NCBI RefSeq assembly: GCF_000010065.1
Contig: NC_006576.1
Location: forward strand, 180,001 to 212,000
DNA length: 32,000 bases
Direction: 5' to 3'
Source: Synechococcus elongatus PCC 6301
Lineage (GTDB): Bacteria; Cyanobacteriota; Cyanobacteriia; Synechococcales; Synechococcaceae
Shown: piece after piece, positions 27,668-32,000 of the stretch
How the letters are laid out: each line of letters starts with the position of its first letter
Position numbering within the stretch: position 1 is the stretch's first letter
Position numbers and translations under genes: made by a program
Notes under the pieces: model-generated
Told to the model about the DNA's origin: nothing
The model's database searches: none
What the model saw: only the letters and a program-made list of their open reading frames with translations

Positions 27668-30600
27668 TCAAGCACTAAAGTATTTCGCAGCCGGATGGTA
27701 GGCAACGATTGCAGTGGTTGATTGTTCTGGATAGAGTTGTTCACTCTCATCCATACTCATGCCAATGCGATCGGCTTCTAGAAGCTCCAACTGAATCCGC
27801 GAATCAGCAACATTGGGGCAAGCAGGATAACCAAAGCTATAGCGACTGCCTTGATAACGTTGCGCCAAGATGTCGCGCAAACTTTCGGGTTCTAGTGAAC
27901 CATAGCCCAATTCGCGCCGGATGCGAGCGTGAGTCCACTCGGCCAACGCTTCGGCAAGCTGCACTGCCAAACCATGGAAATAGAGATAGTCGCTATATTG
28001 ATCGCCTGCAAACAGTTGGGCTGCAAATTCTGTTGCCTTATGGCCAACCGTGACTGCTTGCATCGGGAAGACATCCTGAATGCCAAGCTCTTCTGGTGCG
28101 AAGAAATCAGCAATACAGAGTCGCCGCAAACTCCGTTGACGGGGGAAATCGAAACGAGCGGTTGGGCGATCGCGATCGTTGGGGTCAAACAACTGCAGAC
28201 TATTTCCAACTGCAACGCAAGGGAAATAGCCATATACGACCTGCGGTTCTAGCAGATCTTCTGCCAGAATTCGGGTCGTCCATTGCTGGAGAATCGGTTC
28301 TACTTTTTCCGCAATAAAAGCATCGTATTCTTCGCGACTTTGCTCTTTCGGCTTTCGGAATTGCCATTGACCTACAAACAGGGCTTGGCGATCGAGATAG
28401 CTAAAGACCTCGGCAAAGGGAATTTCGTCAGGACCGAGGATTTTTGATCCCCAGAACGGTGGTGTGGGGCGATCGATATCAACTGCAACGGCTTCCGATC
28501 GCTCTAAATCAATTACAACTTCTGCTACAGACTCTCTCGATTCTGTTGGCTCAGCCGCTTCAGAGGCGATCGCGGCGACCTGCAAAGGCTGTCCCTGCTC
28601 ATCCAAGAAGCCCAATTGGTCATCCCATTGATCCTTGGACTTAGCCGCCATGAGCTGATCCATGAAATGAAGATCAGCGAAAGCATCTTTGCCATAGATA
28701 ACTTGACCTTTGTAGGTCTGTTGGCAGTCTTCATAGACAAATTTGGGTGTTAGAGCCGCGCCTCCTAAAATGACTGGGACTGAAATACCCTCCTCATTGA
28801 AGGTAGCTAAGTTTTCCTTCATAAAAGCAGTAGACTTCACCAGTAGCCCGCTCATGGCAATACAGTCTGCGTTGCAGTCTCGATAGGCTTGAATGATGTT
28901 TTCTACCGGTTGCTTAATACCAATATTGACAACCTTATAGCCATTGTTCGTCAGAATAATATCGACTAAGTTTTTACCAATATCATGAACATCACCTTTG
29001 ACTGTTGCAATTAGGAACGTGCCTTTGCCCGAGTCATTGGTTTCCTCTTTATCCATGAAGGGCTCAAGGTAAGCCACAGCAGACTTCATGGTTTCAGCCG
29101 ATTGCAGCACAAAGGGTAACTGCATTTGGCCACTACCAAAGAGATCACCAACGACCTTCATGCCATCCAACAAGAAGGTATTGATAATTTCTAGCGGTGG
29201 ATACTGCTCAAGTGCCGTCGCTAATGCTTGATCTAAGCCAATCCGTTCGCCGTCGATGATGTGTTGTTTTAGTCGTTCTTCTAATGGCAAATCAGCCAGC
29301 GAAGGCCCACTGGCCCGAGCTTCTTTGGCACTGACTCCTTCAAATAGGGTTGTCAGCTCTGTCAGGGGATCGTAGACGCAAATACCATTTTCAAAGCGCC
29401 GGCGATCGCCTATCAAATCACGACAGACTTGTAATGGCTTTTCATCAATCTTACTGAGCGGCAGAATCTTCGCGGCGCTGACGATCGCACCATCCATTCC
29501 TGCTTCGCAGGCATCGTGAAGGAAAACTGAATTGAGGACAATTCGTGCCGCTGGATTGAGACCAAAGCTGATGTTAGAAACGCCCAGCAAGATATGCACA
29601 CCGGGCAAATTTTCCCGAATCAAACGAATGGATTCGATCGTCTCGCGACCATTACCGCGATCTTCTTCAATCCCTGTCGAGATTGGTAAAGCGAGCGGAT
29701 CATAGAAGATTTCATGCGCCGGAATACCAAACTCTAGAGCATCTCGATAAGCCCGCTGGGCGATCGCAAACTTCTTCTCAGCCGTTCGCGCCATCCCTTC
29801 TTCATCAATCGTGCCGACGACAATCCCAGCCCCATACTGTTTGGCAAGTTCCAGCACTTTAAAGAAGCGCTCATCGCCATCCTCATAGTTAGTAGAGTTA
29901 AGAATGCATTTCCCGCCCGCCTTCTTTAGGCCAGCCTCCATTTTTTGCCACTCGGTCGAGTCGAGCATCAGCGGCAAATTAACGTTGGTAACCAACCGCG
30001 ATACCAACTCGCCCATATCGCGCTCGCCATCGCGACCGACGTAATCGACGTTGACGTCAAGAACGTGCGCCCCTTCCTTGACTTGGCTGCGGGCGATCGC
30101 AACCAGTCCATCCCAATCCTCTTCGTTCAACAGTTCCCGTACTTTTTTAGAACCACTAGCGTTGAGTCGCTCACCAATGATCAGGAAAGAGTTGTCTTGA
30201 ATGTAGGGCGTAGTGCCGTAGATCGAAGCCGCCGAAGGAACGTAGTTAAACGGTTGCCGTTGTTGATGGTCACGATCGCGGCGAACTGGACGATCTTTCG
30301 CTTGTAATTGCGTTGCAACTTCCGCCAATTGGGCGATGTGTTCTGGTTTTGTACCGCAGCAACCGCCAATCACTTGCACGCCTAAATCTTCGACAAAGCG
30401 ATGCAGCGCCATCCGCAGCTCCATCGGTGTGAGGCGATAGTGCGCATGGCCGCCCACGTTCTCGGGAATGCCAGCGTTGGGAATGCAGCTGATCACGAAC
30501 GGCGAATGTTCGCTCAGGTATTTGATGTGCTCCACCATGCGATCGGGGCCGGTGGCGCAGTTTAGCCCCAAGATATCGATCGGATAGGGTTCCAGAATCG

Positions 30601-31240
30601 CCAGCATTGCGGCTACATCCGAGCCAACCAGCATGGTGCCGGTCGTTTCCATCGTCACCGAGACCATCAACGGTCGGCGATCGCCCTTTTCCGAAAAGAT
30701 TTCTGCAATCCCGTTCAGTGCCGCTTTAATTTGCAGCACGTCTTGACAGGTTTCAACAATAAAGAGATCAACGCCGCCTTCCCATAGACCTCGCGCCTGC
30801 TCAGCAAAAGAGGCTTTCATCTCGTCGTAGCCGATATGTCCCAAGGTCGGCAGCTTGGTCGTTGGCCCCATCGACCCAGCCACAAAGCGCGGTTTCTCTG
30901 GCGTCGAAAATTCCGCCGCGATCGCCTTAGCGAGCTTGGCCGCTTCCACATTCAGGGCGTAGGCGTGATCTTCCAGTCCATATTCCGCCAGAACAATCGT
31001 AGTTGCCCCAAAGGTGTCAGTCTCGATGACATCTGCGCCCGCTTCCAGAAACTGGCGATGTACCGTCGCGATTGCCTCTGGTTTGGTGCGAATCAGCCAC
31101 TCATTACAGCCCTCGGTTTCCGGGCCCCCGAAATCCTCAGCGGTCAAATTCTGAAACTGCAACGTCGTTCCCATGCCGCCATCAAAAACCAGCACGGGCC
31201 GCTCAGGGCTATGCAGACGGTCGAGGAAGAGGCTTTGCAT
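27668..31240 (-). CDS. metH: Cobalamin-dependent methionine synthase
   Basis: Hcy module ([10 protein letters not shown]; [13 protein letters not shown]), pterin module, B12-binding [26 protein letters not shown], and C-terminal activation domain ([31 protein letters not shown]). [13 protein letters not shown] (31240) is preferred over the track start at 31321. Confidence 0.97.
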   Translation of the reverse strand: MQSLFLDRLHSPERPVLVFDGGMGTTLQFQNLTAEDFGGPETEGCNEWLIRTKPEAIATVHRQFLEAGADVIETDTFGATTIVLAEYGLEDHAYALNVEAAKLAKAIAAEFSTPEKPRFVAGSMGPTTKLPTLGHIGYDEMKASFAEQARGLWEGGVDLFIVETCQDVLQIKAALNGIAEIFSEKGDRRPLMVSVTMETTGTMLVGSDVAAMLAILEPYPIDILGLNCATGPDRMVEHIKYLSEHSPFVISCIPNAGIPENVGGHAHYRLTPMELRMALHRFVEDLGVQVIGGCCGTKPEHIAQLAEVATQLQAKDRPVRRDRDHQQRQPFNYVPSAASIYGTTPYIQDNSFLIIGERLNASGSKKVRELLNEEDWDGLVAIARSQVKEGAHVLDVNVDYVGRDGERDMGELVSRLVTNVNLPLMLDSTEWQKMEAGLKKAGGKCILNSTNYEDGDERFFKVLELAKQYGAGIVVGTIDEEGMARTAEKKFAIAQRAYRDALEFGIPAHEIFYDPLALPISTGIEEDRGNGRETIESIRLIRENLPGVHILLGVSNISFGLNPAARIVLNSVFLHDACEAGMDGAIVSAAKILPLSKIDEKPLQVCRDLIGDRRRFENGICVYDPLTELTTLFEGVSAKEARASGPSLADLPLEERLKQHIIDGERIGLDQALATALEQYPPLEIINTFLLDGMKVVGDLFGSGQMQLPFVLQSAETMKSAVAYLEPFMDKEETNDSGKGTFLIATVKGDVHDIGKNLVDIILTNNGYKVVNIGIKQPVENIIQAYRDCNADCIAMSGLLVKSTAFMKENLATFNEEGISVPVILGGAALTPKFVYEDCQQTYKGQVIYGKDAFADLHFMDQLMAAKSKDQWDDQLGFLDEQGQPLQVAAIASEAAEPTESRESVAEVVIDLERSEAVAVDIDRPTPPFWGSKILGPDEIPFAEVFSYLDRQALFVGQWQFRKPKEQSREEYDAFIAEKVEPILQQWTTRILAEDLLEPQVVYGYFPCVAVGNSLQLFDPNDRDRPTARFDFPRQRSLRRLCIADFFAPEELGIQDVFPMQAVTVGHKATEFAAQLFAGDQYSDYLYFHGLAVQLAEALAEWTHARIRRELGYGSLEPESLRDILAQRYQGSRYSFGYPACPNVADSRIQLELLEADRIGMSMDESEQLYPEQSTTAIVAYHPAAKYFSA

Positions 31241-31431
31241 GGTCAGAGTGCAATGGGAAGCAATCTTTTCCAGTGTACGGAGGATTGTCAGTCTTCCTGA
31301 GTTGGGGCAAGCGCCATGCACTGAATGGCTCTGCGATCGCCCCAGCAGCAGTGCCCGCGTTACACCTTGTGAAAAACTGGCAGCCCCGCGATCGCCACCG
31401 TCAGAATAGGTCGGCCTCCAGACTGACTGTC

Positions 31432-32000
31432 ATGGGTTCCCGCCGCAACAATCATCGACACCCTCGCAAGACCAAGCGCCAGAATTTTCGCCACCGCCTG
31501 ACCAGTACGGTCTACCAAGCCCCAGGAACCTTGCGACAGCCACTCGAGGCCAGTCCAACTCAACTGCGGCAGATTGAGTACAGCGCCAACCAGATCGTTA
31601 GCCGCCCGATCTCGGATCCCTTGGACTTGGTTTCTGCGCGGATGGGGGAAACGGGCACCACTTGGTTACAGATGCAAGGCTTCTCGGATTTGGAACAGTT
31701 GCGGAGTTTGGGGGAGGTGCTGGAGCTGAATCCACTCACTCTTGAGGACCTGATTGGTCATCCCCAGCGGCCCAAGCAGGAACGCTATCCCCATTACCTA
31801 GAGGTGATTTTTTATCGACCTGACCTGCAGCCTGGCGATCGCCTCCGCCTCGAACAGGTGGGGCTCGTTCTGGGCGATCGCTGGCTCCTCACGGTGGAAG
31901 CAGACGAAATTGGCCCCAATTTCTCTGGTTTGGAACAGCGGCTGGCCAATCGAACGGCTTACCCCAGACTGGAAGCGGATACTTTGGCCTACCTCGCGAT
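31432..32000 (+). CDS. corA: CorA-family divalent metal (Mg2+/Co2+) transporter, 3'-truncated by the window
   Basis: Not in the ORF track because it runs off the end. Own translation: MGSRRNNHRHPRKTKRQNFRHRLTSTVYQAPGTLRQPLEA...TTWLQMQGFSDLEQLRSLGEVLELNPLTLEDLIGHPQRPKQERYPHYLEVIFYRP..., which matches the CorA N-terminal pattern (LEDL..QRPK.E.Y..YL). Confidence 0.82.
   Translation, partial: MGSRRNNHRHPRKTKRQNFRHRLTSTVYQAPGTLRQPLEASPTQLRQIEYSANQIVSRPISDPLDLVSARMGETGTTWLQMQGFSDLEQLRSLGEVLELNPLTLEDLIGHPQRPKQERYPHYLEVIFYRPDLQPGDRLRLEQVGLVLGDRWLLTVEADEIGPNFSGLEQRLANRTAYPRLEADTLAYLA

Overview
This 32 kb window is a cyanobacterial chromosome segment. The dense HIP1 octamers (GCGATCGC), gene content and gene order all look like Synechococcus elongatus, PCC 7942/6301 type; that assignment rests on recognition, not a database search. 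I see no CRISPR array, prophage, transposon or obvious defence island. Genes supported in order: a 5'-truncated large choice-of-anchor/DUF4214 protein; yifB/comM-like AAA ATPase; HIT protein; psbA (D1 protein, E130 form); alpha-carbonic anhydrase overlapping larE; a tandem-duplicated CobA/BtuR-like P-loop protein; a small unknown protein; a double META-domain protein; ppa; a MASE1-PAS-GGDEF-EAL gene interrupted by an in-frame TGA; an ABC-F ATPase gene split by a +1 frameshift in a G5/C5 run; a SulP transporter; accC; tRNA-Leu(GAG); an LpxB-like protein; rel/spoT; an exported glycine-rich protein; an FMN reductase; an RluA-type pseudouridine synthase with a long N-terminal extension; a cobalamin riboswitch upstream of hupE/ureJ-like cobalt transporter; metH; and the start of a CorA-like transporter that is missing from the ORF track. 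The most interesting points are (1) the riboswitch, whose predicted kissing-loop hairpin carries the Shine-Dalgarno sequence, (2) the tandem CobA-like fusion, (3) lesions in two adjacent genes, and (4) the recurring cobalt/cobalamin theme. None of these amounts to a demonstrated new system.
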